From a virus (taxonomy: Duplodnaviria > Caudoviricetes), in the IMG/VR virus record IMGVR_UViG_3300046804_002963, positions 1,187 through 65,186 of that record: a stretch of 64,000 nucleotides of DNA; one strand, given 5' to 3'. Every line of letters starts with the position of its first letter. Positions within the stretch are counted from its first letter, which is position 1. The notes beneath the pieces were generated by a model that made no database searches, had not been told where the DNA came from, and saw only the letters and a list, made by a program, of their open reading frames with translations. The position numbers and the translations under genes were made by a program. Below, one piece after another: positions 22,214-33,062 of this stretch.

Positions 22214-22247
22214 ATAAAAAATGAAAGTGGCACTTAGAAAGTGCCAC
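22214..22247 (-). terminator. Rho-independent terminator after the 620-aa fibre gene
   Basis: On - strand GTGGCACTT-TCT-AAGTGCCAC (9-bp stem) followed by TTTCATTTTTT. Confidence 0.7.
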
Positions 22248-24096
22248 CATCTAGAGAGCTGTAAACTAATGTTGTACCATTTGACTGAAGTGTAGTACCA
22301 TCAGCACCAATACCAAGCTTAGTAAGAGTGTTACCAGCGCCTGCAACTAGAATGTCGCCTACACTATAAGTGTTTAGACCAGTACCACCAGATGTTGCAG
22401 CAAGTGGTGTTGATAATGTTAAAGTATTAGCAACAATATCAACTGCTAGAGAACCTGTTGCAGTAATTGCAAGGTTAGTAGCATTAGATACAAGTGCACC
22501 AGAGTTTAAGTAAGCTTGTAATGTACCTTGCTTATAAGATCCATCACCTGTGTCCACATAAGTTGTTGGAGCAACTGTTAGACCTTGGAAGATCTTATAA
22601 ATGCCATCAGAAGCATCGCGGAAGAAACCTGTATGCTCATGACCACCACCATCAGCATTATAGTTGCCATAGAAACCAATATCAAGTGTATCTGATAAAG
22701 TATTATTAGCAGCTAACTGAATTAATGGGTCAGTTACAATATATGTTTCAACGTTAGAGTATACAACATTACCAGTAATAGATAATGTACCACCAATTGA
22801 AACATCATGATAGAATGTTGCTGTATTAGCAACAATCGAAGAGTTAACAGTAAGAGCATGTACTTCAACTGTATTACCAGTTGCAGAAACTACCGCTTCA
22901 CTACCAGAACCGAGTCTTAAACCACTAAACCAACCAGTAGAATAAATCGCACCAGGTGAACCAACATCATAAGTGTTGTTTACTGTTGGGATTAATGTAC
23001 CGTTTAAGCTACCATTAATGTCAATCTTATCTTGGATTGCATTACCAAGAGCAACGTTACCGTTTAAGTTAGTCTGACCACTTACTGTAAGTGAATCAAA
23101 TGTCTGTCCTGCTGTAGTATCAACAAAGAGACCTGAAGTATTAGAAACAAGACCAGCGCCTACGTTAATACTAATTACAGGTGTTGAACCTTCACCAGAA
23201 GTTACAGAAACATTAATACCATTTCCAGCAGTTACATTCTGGACATAATCACCAGTAGTTTTAGTACCAAGAGCGATACCATTATCTTTAACTTGAAGTG
23301 CCCCACCAGAAACTTCAATTGTACTGTTATCTACGTTTGCAGAAACAGTAGGAGTAGATGTTGCACCACCGGCACCTGATATAGAAATACCACCACCAGC
23401 AACTACGTTAGCAACGTATGCACCTTCTGTTTCTGTGCCGAGTGTAACACCGTTAGCATTATTAACTGTAACGCTGATGTTTACATCGCCTAAGTTTGTA
23501 AGAGTGCCGCTACCTGAAACATCACCACTTAATGTGATTGTTGGTGAACGGTTGATAGTTCCTACATTAAGGTTGTCAATTCTAGTATTTGCACCGGTAA
23601 ATTGAACATTACCTGAAAGTGTAGCATTTTCTGTCTTACGAAGATAATCCGAAGCTGCATAACCGCCAAGGTTTGTAGCATTATTAGCATTACCTGCAGA
23701 ATCTGCGAAAGCTGCATTAGCAACTTGACCACCAGTAACAGTAGCAATCTGACCATCTACGTAACGCTTAACTGCATAAGTAGAAGCAAGTTCATTATTA
23801 GCAGCAGAGCCTAAAGCAGTATTACTACCAGTAGTAATAAATGTATTAACAGACTTACCGTCGACGGTAAGTGTGCCAACTTTAATTTCGTTGATGTAAC
23901 TAGTTGAATTAGCTATTAGTGCTTGATTAGCAGTTAATACACCAGGGTTTCTGGCACCAGCAATGGCAACTACGCCAGATGTGTTGCCAATATAGAGTAC
24001 ATCTACTAGACTGGAATACGCAAGTTCACCATCAGCAAGAGAACCAGGTACTGCAGTCGTAGACGAACGCTTAATCTGAATAAGATTGTTAGCCAT
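22234..24096 (-). CDS. Major fibre protein
   Basis: IQIKRS...L.DGELAYS N-terminus, LGT.T.G.YV.NV.AG.GI repeats, V.DPLIQLA...DIGFYG...HTGFFRDASD domain, GGTG..TY..GDILVA, ends LDGGTF. Confidence 0.82.
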   Translation of the reverse strand: MANNLIQIKRSSTTAVPGSLADGELAYSSLVDVLYIGNTSGVVAIAGARNPGVLTANQALIANSTSYINEIKVGTLTVDGKSVNTFITTGSNTALGSAANNELASTYAVKRYVDGQIATVTGGQVANAAFADSAGNANNATNLGGYAASDYLRKTENATLSGNVQFTGANTRIDNLNVGTINRSPTITLSGDVSGSGTLTNLGDVNISVTVNNANGVTLGTETEGAYVANVVAGGGISISGAGGATSTPTVSANVDNSTIEVSGGALQVKDNGIALGTKTTGDYVQNVTAGNGINVSVTSGEGSTPVISINVGAGLVSNTSGLFVDTTAGQTFDSLTVSGQTNLNGNVALGNAIQDKIDINGSLNGTLIPTVNNTYDVGSPGAIYSTGWFSGLRLGSGSEAVVSATGNTVEVHALTVNSSIVANTATFYHDVSIGGTLSITGNVVYSNVETYIVTDPLIQLAANNTLSDTLDIGFYGNYNADGGGHEHTGFFRDASDGIYKIFQGLTVAPTTYVDTGDGSYKQGTLQAYLNSGALVSNATNLAITATGSLAVDIVANTLTLSTPLAATSGGTGLNTYSVGDILVAGAGNTLTKLGIGADGTTLQSNGTTLVYSSLDGGTF

Positions 24097-25188
24097 TTAA
24101 AAATTGCCTCCGTCCAGAGCTTGATTAGTTAAATCCAAAGGAAGTACGTAGTATTTATCATTTTGAGCAACGTAAGTTAAAATGTGACCATTTGATGGAG
24201 GGTTATTAGACAAATCACCTTCAAATACATCATTTAGAGCATCTAATCTAGGATATCCCCAAAAAATACTATCTCCATTAGAAGTTAGTATTTGACCAGC
24301 TGATCCAGAAACATTATTTGCAATTATTGTAGAATTGCCAGTTATTACAACGTTTGATTCAAAAGTAAGAACACCAGTTATAATATAATTGTTACCAATA
24401 TTGACATATTCTTCTGCGGACACACCACCTAAGTTATAAGCGTTATTAGCAGAATCTTGATTATCAGAAAGTACTGCTACTCTATTGCCTATCTGAATAG
24501 AAGTAGAATTAATAGTAGTATCACCAACTTCTATAGTAGAACCAGATATATAAGTACTTCCTATAGTAATACTATTATTAGAAATACCAACACTACCTAC
24601 ATTAATAGATTGCTCGCGTATTTCAGTGTTACCAATAATGATCTGATCAGCAGAGATGTAGGAATTACCAAAAGAAATAGCAATAGTATTAATACTTACT
24701 GTACCTACATCTATTTTTCCGTCAGTTACATAAGTTTGACCGGAAGATAGGCTGGTAGTGTTTATACTGATAGATCCTACATTAATATAGGAATCAGTAA
24801 TATAGATATTGCCTACATCTAATCCGCTAGTATAAATTCCTACGCTTCCGACATTGATACCGTTTGCAGATAAAGCAACTATATTATCAACTGTCGTATT
24901 ACTAATGAAAATAGCGTCACTAACTATAGATATATTACCTACAGTTATGCCACCTTCTGTAAATATTAATGCATCAGCAGTGTTGCCAATGCGGAGAGTA
25001 GAGCCGTTTAGATATACATTACCGGCCCAAATCTGCGTATTTACAGAATTATTACCAACACTTATATAATCTGGATAAACTAGCGCAGTATTTGACCAAG
25101 CGACACCCGTTCCGTTGGATGTTAAAACCTGCCCGGTTTGACTGTTATTAGCATTTATTTGAAATAAATCTAGTTTTATTATGGCCAT
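24097..25188 (-). CDS. Fibre protein with I.VG.V.I beta repeats
   Basis: About 12-aa [IV]xVGxVxI repeats (triple beta-helix-like), two GQ[VI]LTSNG motifs, ends LDGGNF. Confidence 0.78.
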   Translation of the reverse strand: MAIIKLDLFQINANNSQTGQVLTSNGTGVAWSNTALVYPDYISVGNNSVNTQIWAGNVYLNGSTLRIGNTADALIFTEGGITVGNISIVSDAIFISNTTVDNIVALSANGINVGSVGIYTSGLDVGNIYITDSYINVGSISINTTSLSSGQTYVTDGKIDVGTVSINTIAISFGNSYISADQIIIGNTEIREQSINVGSVGISNNSITIGSTYISGSTIEVGDTTINSTSIQIGNRVAVLSDNQDSANNAYNLGGVSAEEYVNIGNNYIITGVLTFESNVVITGNSTIIANNVSGSAGQILTSNGDSIFWGYPRLDALNDVFEGDLSNNPPSNGHILTYVAQNDKYYVLPLDLTNQALDGGNF

Positions 25189-25223
25189 TTATTATTCTTG
25201 ATAGTGCGCATGCTTGTCTATGA

Positions 25224-25231
25224 TATTTATG
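25224..25231 (-). promoter_or_regulatory. Late promoter variant CATAAATA
   Basis: ATAAATA core in the 98-bp gap upstream of ATG 25188. Confidence 0.55.
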
Positions 25232-25286
25232 ATATGTTTTTCTTATAGTTTGAGCACTGACGCATTACAAAAATATAAAGTTAGAC

Positions 25287-26600
25287 TTAGGGTAGGTATA
25301 TTATAAACGAAAATCCGCATGTGCATGGTTCGCAGTTGTCTGAAAACGGCCCAGTAGTACCTGTATGAGTATGCGGCCAATTGTATGTTTCATGGTGTTC
25401 TTGAATAGTTCTTCCTGAAGTAGTATTATAAGTTCCTAAGGCACTAGGATAATGTGCATGAGAATAGGGTGCAGGATTTGTAGGGCTCACAGGTGCTGCA
25501 AGCCCAGCTGCAGATAATGATACTGTATTTGTACCATTATTTACTACTGTTCCAGTTGCTTGAGCAGAGTCAAATTTAATAATATAACCGGCATTAAGAT
25601 TAGGAGTAGTTACTCCATTTACTGTTTGACCATTACAAAAATACCATCCTGCTGGTAATTCCGTACTTCTATCTCCCCAAAGAATTATAGTACCAGATGT
25701 TATACGGGCACCTCCTACTGGTGCAACAAATGCTTTAACAGTCATCCAGTTATTTACAGCAAATGTAAAAGCTCCAGTTGCTGATACTGTATGAGTATGC
25801 GCTCCACCTGTTGCACCATGTCCATTATAAATGCCAGATACTGCAACTATAGGTGATCCAATAGAAGTTGAATAAGTTTGAGTCGGTCCACCGAAATGAC
25901 TATGTCCGCCTGAAGATGATGTTGTAGATAGTGTAGTGCTTACCGTACCTCCAGAAGGTGTTAAAACTATGTTAAGTAAAGAAGATCCGCTTACATAATT
26001 TGCAAAATAACCATCATGCCCGGTATATGCTGAAAAAGAATTAGGGGTGCTTATACCAAGAACTACTGTACCTTGAGGTAAAATATTAGCACCAGGCTTT
26101 CTAAAAACACCTAAACCTTTTACTTGGTTTGCAGGGAATCTTCCTGATGCTGGTATAGTACTATCAGTATCAGACCATTTAACATTAATGGTATGTGTAT
26201 GCGCTCCAGAATCACCTCTCCATACAGTAACACCAGATTGAGTAACTCCCATAGCAGTATTAAAATATAATGGAGTAGGTGCTAGTGTACCATGTGTACC
26301 TGCTGATCCAACTGTACCACCTGCTATACCATTTGGAAGCCATCCAGGTGTAGCTGTAAATACTGATCCAGGAGATACTCCGCGAACAAGAACGTTCTTT
26401 AATCTAAATCCAGCATAAACGTTAAAATTACCACTAGTACCTGCTACACCGTAACTGCCAGACCATGTACCATTACCTGCAGTTGTTAAATCGGTATAAG
26501 CAAAAACATAGCCATTATTAGGCATAATGCCAAACGTAGGCGCTACACCATTAGGACCTAAATCACCAAGTTCCGAACCAAAAAGTTTATTAGCTAGCAT
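25287..26600 (-). CDS. Tail-collar domain protein with multiple HxH metal-binding motifs (fibre tip)
   Basis: GTIILWG...LPAGWYFCNGQ...TPNL collar motif; GAHTHT, GHSHF, GAHTHT, SHAHY, PHTHT. Confidence 0.8.
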   Translation of the reverse strand: MLANKLFGSELGDLGPNGVAPTFGIMPNNGYVFAYTDLTTAGNGTWSGSYGVAGTSGNFNVYAGFRLKNVLVRGVSPGSVFTATPGWLPNGIAGGTVGSAGTHGTLAPTPLYFNTAMGVTQSGVTVWRGDSGAHTHTINVKWSDTDSTIPASGRFPANQVKGLGVFRKPGANILPQGTVVLGISTPNSFSAYTGHDGYFANYVSGSSLLNIVLTPSGGTVSTTLSTTSSSGGHSHFGGPTQTYSTSIGSPIVAVSGIYNGHGATGGAHTHTVSATGAFTFAVNNWMTVKAFVAPVGGARITSGTIILWGDRSTELPAGWYFCNGQTVNGVTTPNLNAGYIIKFDSAQATGTVVNNGTNTVSLSAAGLAAPVSPTNPAPYSHAHYPSALGTYNTTSGRTIQEHHETYNWPHTHTGTTGPFSDNCEPCTCGFSFIIYLP

Positions 26601-26601
26601 A

Positions 26602-27105
26602 TTATAAATCTAACAAAGGCCAAATTACTTCTTCTATTGAATTATATTTTGTAGTTATATCTCTTAATTCCTGTCTATATGCTAACAATTTTTGATATTG
26701 CTCTGCAGTAATAGAAGTATTAATATTTAGTTCTAGCTGATCACGGTGTCTAATAACCATCCAATCAGTTTCCCATAACTTATTAGATCTTACTTCCTGT
26801 AAAGTAGGAAGAGGTGCTAATGCTCCATAACCGTTATCATAAGCAGCTTGAATTATTTTATCTCTATTATTAAGAATCCATTGAAATTGTTCTTGCTCTA
26901 TGCCTGATTGAACTACACCTCCTGGTAGTTCAACAGTAAAAAAATTTCTTACAGGTTCAAAAGACAGATTAATTATTTCATAATTAAACCCTGTTAGAGA
27001 AGCAAAATCATCATAAGATCTAAAAAGATGATCTACACCTTCTAATCTAACATACGCATGATTGTTAAATTTATCTAAAGTTATACATTCATATATTTCA
27101 CTCAT
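26602..27105 (-). CDS. Tail fibre assembly chaperone
   Basis: C-terminal R...L.ETDWMVIRHRDQ...YQKLLAYRQELRDI...WP, typical of phage tail assembly chaperones. Confidence 0.75.
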   Translation of the reverse strand: MSEIYECITLDKFNNHAYVRLEGVDHLFRSYDDFASLTGFNYEIINLSFEPVRNFFTVELPGGVVQSGIEQEQFQWILNNRDKIIQAAYDNGYGALAPLPTLQEVRSNKLWETDWMVIRHRDQLELNINTSITAEQYQKLLAYRQELRDITTKYNSIEEVIWPLLDL

Positions 27106-27116
27106 TATTATACCTC

Positions 27117-30100
27117 TTAGAATCTAGCTGCTAAGGAACCAAACCAAGAAGTTCCTCCATCAGTTGTAAACAATGTTACTGCATCTGTTTTAGTTGCTGC
27201 AGTAGAAAGAACTGGCGCTACTCCACCATTCCATCTAATAGTGCCTGGCCATGACACTAATCTACCACCAGTAGCATCTTGTGTAATAAGAAGAGTCACG
27301 TTGAAAGCTCTACCAGCAGATAAGCCAGTGGTTGATAGTGTAATAGGAACAGTTGCTGCTGCTAGAGTAAGTGATTGAGTATCTCCTAATGTAATATCAA
27401 TAGCAGTAGATGTTGTTACTGATCCTATTGCTCTTACTAATTCACTATAATATTGGAAATTAATAGCACCAGTAAATGTATATGAAGAAGCTGGGTTAAA
27501 AGCTCCCTGCGGCCCTGTAGGACCTGTGGCGCCTTGCGCACCTGTTGGACCTGTGGCGCCTTGCGCACCTGTTGGACCAGTAGAGCCCTGCGCACCTTGG
27601 GCACCAGTAGCTCCCTGTGGGCCTTGTGGACCAATAGGACCAACATCACTTATATTCCACGCAGCAATAGTTCCAGAACCACCAATAAAATCAACGTTTA
27701 CTATTAATGTAGTGCCAGAGAATGATGTTATTACACCATCCATAAAGTTTGTAGGTGTTGCAGACGATGCAACACGAACACGCTGTCCTGCAGCAAATGC
27801 GCTGGCAGTAGATGCTAGATTAGTGGTAAATGTTTGAGAGCCAGTTGCTATAGCAACTGATGTGGTACTAGTAAGACCGCGATAACCAATACCCTGCGCC
27901 CCTTGTGGTCCCTGCGCCCCTTGAGCTCCTGTAGCTCCTTGGGCTCCAGTTGCACCTTGTGGTCCTTGAGGTCCTGTAGCACCTAAAGTACCACTAACAC
28001 CTTGAGCTCCCTGTGAACCAGTATAACCTACTACACCCTGAGGACCAGTAGGACCAGTTGCACCTTGCGCACCTGTTGGGCCTGTAGCACCTTGAGCTCC
28101 CTGTGCTCCAGTTGGACCGGTTGAACCAGTTGGGCCGGCTGGACCAGTAGAACCTTGAGCACCTTGGGCGCCAGTAACACCTTGTGCTCCAGTTGCACCT
28201 TGGGCGCCTGTAGGTCCAGTTGGACCAGTAGAACCTTGCGCGCCAGTAGCACCCTGTGCGCCAGTTGATCCTTGAACACCTTGTGGGCCTTGAGCGCCTC
28301 TAGAACCTGTGTAGCCAGCATATTCTAAGAAGATTTCTGATACAGCCCACAGATCATTATTATTAGATGAAAATGTTGATTGATTATATCTTAAATAAAC
28401 ACCAGTAGCTCCTTTTGCACCTACAGGAATTATTACTGTATTAGTATACCATATACCTGGGGTGCTATCAGTAGCTATAATTGTATGTGCTGTTGTCCAG
28501 CTAGATTTATCTAAAGAATATTCAATAGTTACATCTTCACCAGATTCAGGAGCATTCCCCCACACTCCGTCACCAGCAACATAAGAAAATTTAAAGTTTA
28601 CAGCATTTTGTAAATATGATTTATAGTTTGAATAAATGTATCTATTTGCTTCACCGTTTAATACAGCTATTAAACTAAAGCCGTTCATATCTAAGCTAGA
28701 GCCAGTTCCATCTACATCGTTGTAAATTTGTATGAAGCTAGCTATACCATTTGCAACATATTGTCCTTCTCCAAAGCTTAAGCCCTTGAAAGAGGATATA
28801 GCAGGTAGCCCTCTAGAACCTGTGTAGCCTGTATTACCTTGTGGTCCCTGAATACCCTGTGCACCCTGTGCACCTGTAAGTCCAGTAGTACCTTGAGTAC
28901 CTTGAGCACCTTGTGGTCCCTGCGCACCCTGCGCACCTTGTGCTCCAGTTATCCCGGTAGGTCCAGTTGAACCAGTATCACCTTTTGATCCAGTATAACC
29001 AGCTGAACCAGTATAACCTATTGATCCTGTATAACCAGTAGATCCAGTATAGCCAGTAGATCCATCATAACCTGTGATACCTCTAGACCCAGTATATCCT
29101 ATTGATCCTGTATATCCTACAGAGCCTGTATAACCTTCTGAACCAGTATAACCAATAGATCCTGTATAACCTTCTGAACCTCTATAACCTATATTACCAT
29201 CTAAACCTGCAGACCCAGTATATCCTTCAGACCCAGTATAACCGGAAGAACCTGTAAATCCTGCTGAACCAGTATCACCTCTATCACCAGTTCTTGCAAA
29301 AGTAATGATAGTGTTAGTACTATCAGTAAAATACTCATCTCCGCTTACATAAGAAATAGGAACAGAGAAATATTCTTCAGTATAATTATCATATAATGTG
29401 CCTACAATAGCAAACATGCTAAAGTGTGCAGCATTTGTTAGATCAGTTATCTTGAAATGACCTTTTATTTGAGAAGTAGAATCATCTATAGTTCTCAAAT
29501 AAGAAGATATCTCATCTCCGTATGCATCATAATAACTAATATAGAGTGTATTAGCATCACCAAAAGGTTGATCATTTATTGTAAAAAAACCATTTGCAGG
29601 TGCTATTACACCTAAATCAGCATCTAAATTATAGTGAAAAGATGCACCGCCAAATTGACCTGTAGGTCCTTGAACTCCTTGAGGACCAATTGCTCCTCTA
29701 GAACCAACATAACCTAAGTCACCTCTTGAGCCAGTATAGCCTCTTGAGCCTGTAAATCCTATAGAACCAACATCTCCCTGTGGTCCTATAACCCCCTGAG
29801 ATCCTACAAAACCTGTATCACCTCTTGAGCCAGTAAATCCTTGACGAGATGCTACACCCTTCTCAACATTTCTTACTTCTACATAAGTGCCTTCAGGTGG
29901 TTCAAAAAGTAATACTAATGTATTACCAGAAATAGTATAAGTTACGTCTGGTACTTGAATAATACCATTTACTGATACAATGGCGTTATTTTGACTTCCT
30001 ATCCATTCAGCAAGAGAGAAAGTATTTTGTCCTGCTGTAGTAATAAATGATTCAGATGTAGAATTAGCTGCACCTGTTGAACCTGTATAACCAGTATCAC

Positions 30101-33059
30101 CTTGAGATCCTGTATAGCCTGCACCTCTAGAGCCTGTATATCCTATAGATCCAGTATAACCGTCGCGACCAATATATCCAGGTGAACCGGTATATCCAAT
30201 GGCAGCATATTCACCACTTGAACCAGTATAGCCGGCGCCCGCTGACCCGGTGTAACCAAATTCACCCTGTGATCCAACGTAACCTACATCACCTCGTTCA
30301 CCTATAGGTCCTATATCACCTTGTGAACCAACATAGCCTACATCACCTTGTGAGCCAACATACCCAACAGATCCTGTGTAACCTATTGATCCTGTATAAC
30401 CTAATGACCCATCGTAACCGGTGTTACCTTTTAGACCTTGTGACCCAGTAAAGCCAACAGATCCAAAGTAACCATGACTACCAGTATACCCAACAGAACC
30501 ATCATAACCAGTTCCAACAGAACCTGTATAACCTAATGAGCCTGTATAACCAGATGAACCAGTAAAACCAACAGAACCTGTATAGCCAGTGTCACCGATA
30601 TCACCTGTTCTTGCAAAAGTAATTACTACATCATCATATGCATTCCAATAATGAATACCATCAATAAATCCTACTGGAAGTCTATAACTAGTTCCTGTTT
30701 TAGTTGAATGACCTACTATAGTAAATAGAGAATACAATTCTCTATCTTCATATCTTCTAGTAATAGTAAAGTGACCTTTGATACTAGAAGTAGAATCATC
30801 AACAATTGCTAGATAGTCAGTTATATCTGTATTAGATATATCTTGAGTATCAATAACTAAAATAGTTGCTTCTGCAACATTAGCACTATTTAATTTTAAG
30901 TAGCCAGGTAATGTGTCTGATAAGTCAGTATTTGCATCAAAGTAGAACTGGAATGCTGCACCACCAAATGTACCTGGAGGTCCTTGTGAGCCGGTATAAC
31001 CTATCGGACCTGCTACATCACTTGCTGAACCAGTATAACCAGTAGAACCTGTATAGCCTTCACTACCAGCAAAGCCTCTCGATCCAGTAAACCCTGCGCC
31101 AGAAGATCCTGTAAACCCTCTAAACCCAATTACACCTTGTAGGCCGCGCGAACCAGTATATCCAAGTGAACCAGTATAACCTACGTCACCTATTGAACCA
31201 GTATATCCAGTTTCACCAGTTTCACCAAACGAGCCTGCTGCTTTTTCTACGTTTCTTACTTCTATAAATGTTCCCTGAGGGGCATCAAAGAGAAGGTGTA
31301 AAGTATTACCAGATATAACATAACTAAGATCTGGTACTTGTACAATACCGTTTACTGTTACTATAGCGTTATTTTGACTAACTATACTTTCAAATAATGA
31401 AAAAGTATTTTGACCATAATAATCTAAAGAAAAAGCTTGTGAGGTAGCATTCGTCATACCACCTGAGCCGGTATAACCGGTAGAGCCAGTAAAGCCCTTA
31501 GAACCTGTGTAACCTTTAGAACCAGTATAACCAGCACCAGTAGAACCAGTAAAGCCAGTCTCACCTATGAATAGATTTCTTAAACCTGAAATTGCCCAGT
31601 TATCAGAAGTACCTCCAGAACTATTAATTTGTTTAATTCTGAGATAGACACCTCCTGGAACTCTCATTTCTACTGGAGGTTCGATTCTTCTTTCTACCCA
31701 AACATTCCCTGCTACGTTTGCAGGGAAAACATTATCAACACTTATCCAGGTATTACTATTAACACTATATTGAATTGTTATACCTTCAGGTACTCCACCT
31801 GGAGGATTTTGATCTGGAGCATCTCCCCATACAGCAGCTTTATTAACATAATAAGAGAATAGATGTACGTCGGTAAAAGATCTTCTTATGTTAGAAGTAA
31901 TTACACGATCTTCTGTGAAACCTTCTAGCTTACCGAATAGAAATACCTTACCTAGGTAGTCGGTACTCATACCATCAATTAAGCTCGGGTAGTCAGTACT
32001 TACCGCAGAGCCAAGAGTAAGTATATCTAATGTTTCTGGATCTAGTAAGTAATCAGAAGATACACCTGGTGTGCCTCTTGATCCAGTAAAACCTATTGTT
32101 CCTTGTGAACCTCTTGAACCCGTATAACCAGTAGAGCCGCCATACCCTGCACCTGTAGAACCAGCATACCCTCTTAGACCTTGCTGACCGGTTGATCCAG
32201 TATATCCTAAAGATCCTGCATAACCTGTAGATCCAACATAACCAGAAGACCCAGTATAGCCTGCCTCTTCAAAAAATCTTACTTCTACATCTGCACCAAC
32301 AGCAGGTAAGTTAATGAATGTAAGAGTGCTACCATTTGCAGTATAGTCTGTGTCTGGTACTTGAATAAGACCATTTACAGATACAAAGAGATGTAAAGCG
32401 TTTTCTGTTTCTACATCAAGTGTGTATTCGGAAGAACCGTCTGCTGTTATAACTTGATTTCTTGTTGGAGCTCCTGCCGGGCCTCTTTCACCTTGAGAAC
32501 CAACATAACCTGAACCTCGAGGACCTTGTGTACCTGCAGGTCCTCTAGAACCTACGTAACCTATAGAGCCAGTAAATCCGGATAGTCCTTGTGAACCTTC
32601 TGATCCAGTATAACCTCGAGGACCACCTGGATCACCTTGTATACCTTTAGAACCTTGATAACCGGTTAACCCTTGTGAACCTCTATATCCTGTTTCACCA
32701 AAATATCTTATTTCAATATCAGCAGTGGCAGGAGGAGGTGAGTTAAAGAATATTAAATTGCCGCTTACATTATAATCTTCGGCAGGTAAAAGTACTAGAC
32801 CATTGGATATAACCATTATATGAACAGGGTTATCAATAACCTCTGTCATATTAAATTCAGTAGTTAATCCGTCACCAATAAATCTATCACTTTTTCTAGG
32901 AGCGCCTGGACCTCCTCGAGAACCAGTAAACCCGGAAGAACCAGTATACCCTACTTCTATATCAACTTGAAGCCAACGCTCACCATCATACTCCCATGTA
33001 TTGCCGTTAATATCGACAATATCACCTGGACTAGGATTATCTGGAAATACAATTGCCAT
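27117..33059 (-). CDS. Giant mosaic collagen-like fibre protein (1980 aa)
   Basis: GYTGS and GAQ/GPT collagen tracts interspersed with NGL.Q.P domains, two TFARTGD domains, two reelin-like domains and a C-terminal [11 protein letters not shown]...DGGTSWFG domain. Confidence 0.88.
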   Translation of the reverse strand: MAIVFPDNPSPGDIVDINGNTWEYDGERWLQVDIEVGYTGSSGFTGSRGGPGAPRKSDRFIGDGLTTEFNMTEVIDNPVHIMVISNGLVLLPAEDYNVSGNLIFFNSPPPATADIEIRYFGETGYRGSQGLTGYQGSKGIQGDPGGPRGYTGSEGSQGLSGFTGSIGYVGSRGPAGTQGPRGSGYVGSQGERGPAGAPTRNQVITADGSSEYTLDVETENALHLFVSVNGLIQVPDTDYTANGSTLTFINLPAVGADVEVRFFEEAGYTGSSGYVGSTGYAGSLGYTGSTGQQGLRGYAGSTGAGYGGSTGYTGSRGSQGTIGFTGSRGTPGVSSDYLLDPETLDILTLGSAVSTDYPSLIDGMSTDYLGKVFLFGKLEGFTEDRVITSNIRRSFTDVHLFSYYVNKAAVWGDAPDQNPPGGVPEGITIQYSVNSNTWISVDNVFPANVAGNVWVERRIEPPVEMRVPGGVYLRIKQINSSGGTSDNWAISGLRNLFIGETGFTGSTGAGYTGSKGYTGSKGFTGSTGYTGSGGMTNATSQAFSLDYYGQNTFSLFESIVSQNNAIVTVNGIVQVPDLSYVISGNTLHLLFDAPQGTFIEVRNVEKAAGSFGETGETGYTGSIGDVGYTGSLGYTGSRGLQGVIGFRGFTGSSGAGFTGSRGFAGSEGYTGSTGYTGSASDVAGPIGYTGSQGPPGTFGGAAFQFYFDANTDLSDTLPGYLKLNSANVAEATILVIDTQDISNTDITDYLAIVDDSTSSIKGHFTITRRYEDRELYSLFTIVGHSTKTGTSYRLPVGFIDGIHYWNAYDDVVITFARTGDIGDTGYTGSVGFTGSSGYTGSLGYTGSVGTGYDGSVGYTGSHGYFGSVGFTGSQGLKGNTGYDGSLGYTGSIGYTGSVGYVGSQGDVGYVGSQGDIGPIGERGDVGYVGSQGEFGYTGSAGAGYTGSSGEYAAIGYTGSPGYIGRDGYTGSIGYTGSRGAGYTGSQGDTGYTGSTGAANSTSESFITTAGQNTFSLAEWIGSQNNAIVSVNGIIQVPDVTYTISGNTLVLLFEPPEGTYVEVRNVEKGVASRQGFTGSRGDTGFVGSQGVIGPQGDVGSIGFTGSRGYTGSRGDLGYVGSRGAIGPQGVQGPTGQFGGASFHYNLDADLGVIAPANGFFTINDQPFGDANTLYISYYDAYGDEISSYLRTIDDSTSQIKGHFKITDLTNAAHFSMFAIVGTLYDNYTEEYFSVPISYVSGDEYFTDSTNTIITFARTGDRGDTGSAGFTGSSGYTGSEGYTGSAGLDGNIGYRGSEGYTGSIGYTGSEGYTGSVGYTGSIGYTGSRGITGYDGSTGYTGSTGYTGSIGYTGSAGYTGSKGDTGSTGPTGITGAQGAQGAQGPQGAQGTQGTTGLTGAQGAQGIQGPQGNTGYTGSRGLPAISSFKGLSFGEGQYVANGIASFIQIYNDVDGTGSSLDMNGFSLIAVLNGEANRYIYSNYKSYLQNAVNFKFSYVAGDGVWGNAPESGEDVTIEYSLDKSSWTTAHTIIATDSTPGIWYTNTVIIPVGAKGATGVYLRYNQSTFSSNNNDLWAVSEIFLEYAGYTGSRGAQGPQGVQGSTGAQGATGAQGSTGPTGPTGAQGATGAQGVTGAQGAQGSTGPAGPTGSTGPTGAQGAQGATGPTGAQGATGPTGPQGVVGYTGSQGAQGVSGTLGATGPQGPQGATGAQGATGAQGAQGPQGAQGIGYRGLTSTTSVAIATGSQTFTTNLASTASAFAAGQRVRVASSATPTNFMDGVITSFSGTTLIVNVDFIGGSGTIAAWNISDVGPIGPQGPQGATGAQGAQGSTGPTGAQGATGPTGAQGATGPTGPQGAFNPASSYTFTGAINFQYYSELVRAIGSVTTSTAIDITLGDTQSLTLAAATVPITLSTTGLSAGRAFNVTLLITQDATGGRLVSWPGTIRWNGGVAPVLSTAATKTDAVTLFTTDGGTSWFGSLAARF
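27521..27578. repeat. Exact 27-bp tandem repeat (about 2 copies) in a GC-richer collagen tract
   Basis: GACCTGTGGCGCCTTGCGCACCTGTTG repeated; encodes GPTGAQGAT. Confidence 0.75.
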
Positions 33060-33062
33060 TTC

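Noticed and set aside
25189-25286. Longest intergenic gap (98 bp) as a possible ncRNA or terminator
   Set aside because: Only 6-bp palindromes (TGCGCA, GCATGC) and a late-promoter core; no convincing stem or tRNA fold.
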